From positions 9,734,001-9,798,000 of the forward strand of contig OZ059897.1 of NCBI GenBank assembly GCA_964057225.1: DNA of 64,000 bases. Direction: 5' to 3'. The DNA comes from Auanema rhodensis (lineage: Eukaryota; Animalia; Nematoda). The notes under the pieces are model-generated. The model ran no database searches and was not told the origin of the DNA. It worked only from the letters and a program-made list of their open reading frames with translations. A program made the translations under genes and the position numbers. Shown here in pieces: positions 63,584 to 64,000 of the stretch (positions within the stretch are counted from its first letter, which is position 1; each line of letters opens with the position of its first letter).

Positions 63584-64000
63584 CCAATTATGGAAAAGTA
63601 CTATGATCTCTTGAAAATTTGCCAGGGACCTCAAAAGAATCTCAAAAACTGTAGAAAATTTTATGTATATAGCAATAAATATGATTTATTTGAATTTAAC
63701 TTAGAAAGCATGCCGATAATTCAGATAAATTACAATTACAATATATTTCATACAAACTAAAAACACATACAATGCTATAGCAAAGTTATCATAATCATAT
63801 CCTACATGAATATTACAGCAGGTGTTAAGCTGGTAAAGTTTTGGTTATATTTATGCCGTCTCACACGATAAGAGTACTTGGAGATTTTATGAAACAAGGG
63901 AATAGGATTAGAAATGAAATTGAAGCTGATCAAGTAGCAATAACAGAATACATTAGCATCTAGTTGTTGTTTTTAAAAGTAGTTTTGAATCCAGCCAAAC

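Noticed and set aside
1-64000. tRNA, rRNA, snRNA/SL RNA genes, transposase or reverse-transcriptase ORFs, CRISPR arrays, telomeric arrays
   Set aside because: None recognised by eye. tRNAscan-SE, Infernal and a de novo repeat search would be needed to exclude short or degenerate copies.

Overview
Eukaryotic, AT-rich DNA with many 40-55 nt GT-AG introns, TTTCAG acceptors, a cuticle collagen and ShK domains. It is almost certainly a nematode, probably a rhabditid (inference). Most entries in the supplied ORF track are spurious or single-exon fragments, so I rebuilt the gene models by hand across splice sites. The window holds 15 complete genes, in order: IP6K-type inositol polyphosphate kinase (+), tyrosinase with 4 ShK domains (-), PGAP4/TMEM246-like protein (+), secreted Cys-rich C-x3-C protein (-), cuticle collagen with a long C-terminal tail (-), M13 neprilysin (-), DHCR24 (+), metal-ligand-less acireductone dioxygenase homologue (-), TMEM59-like type I membrane protein (-), BCS1 (-), LYRM4/ISD11 (+), MAT1 (+), transportin-SR (+), acetyl-CoA hydrolase/transferase (-), and an 80-aa secreted peptide precursor (+). 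The most striking observation is the LYRM4-MAT1 junction. The LYRM4 stop and the MAT1 ATG are only 11 nt apart, with no AG or poly(A) signal between them. The spliced LYRM4 ORF has no internal ATG in any frame and a weak start context, while MAT1 has a strong aaaATG. This is the signature expected of a true dicistronic (leaky-scanning or reinitiation) mRNA inside an operon-like cluster. Other points include a TGATG stop/start uORF before transportin-SR, a GC-AG intron, 11-bp-phased ACGT/E-box arrays, and a possible cuticle/moulting gene neighbourhood. All family assignments come from motif recognition, not database searches.
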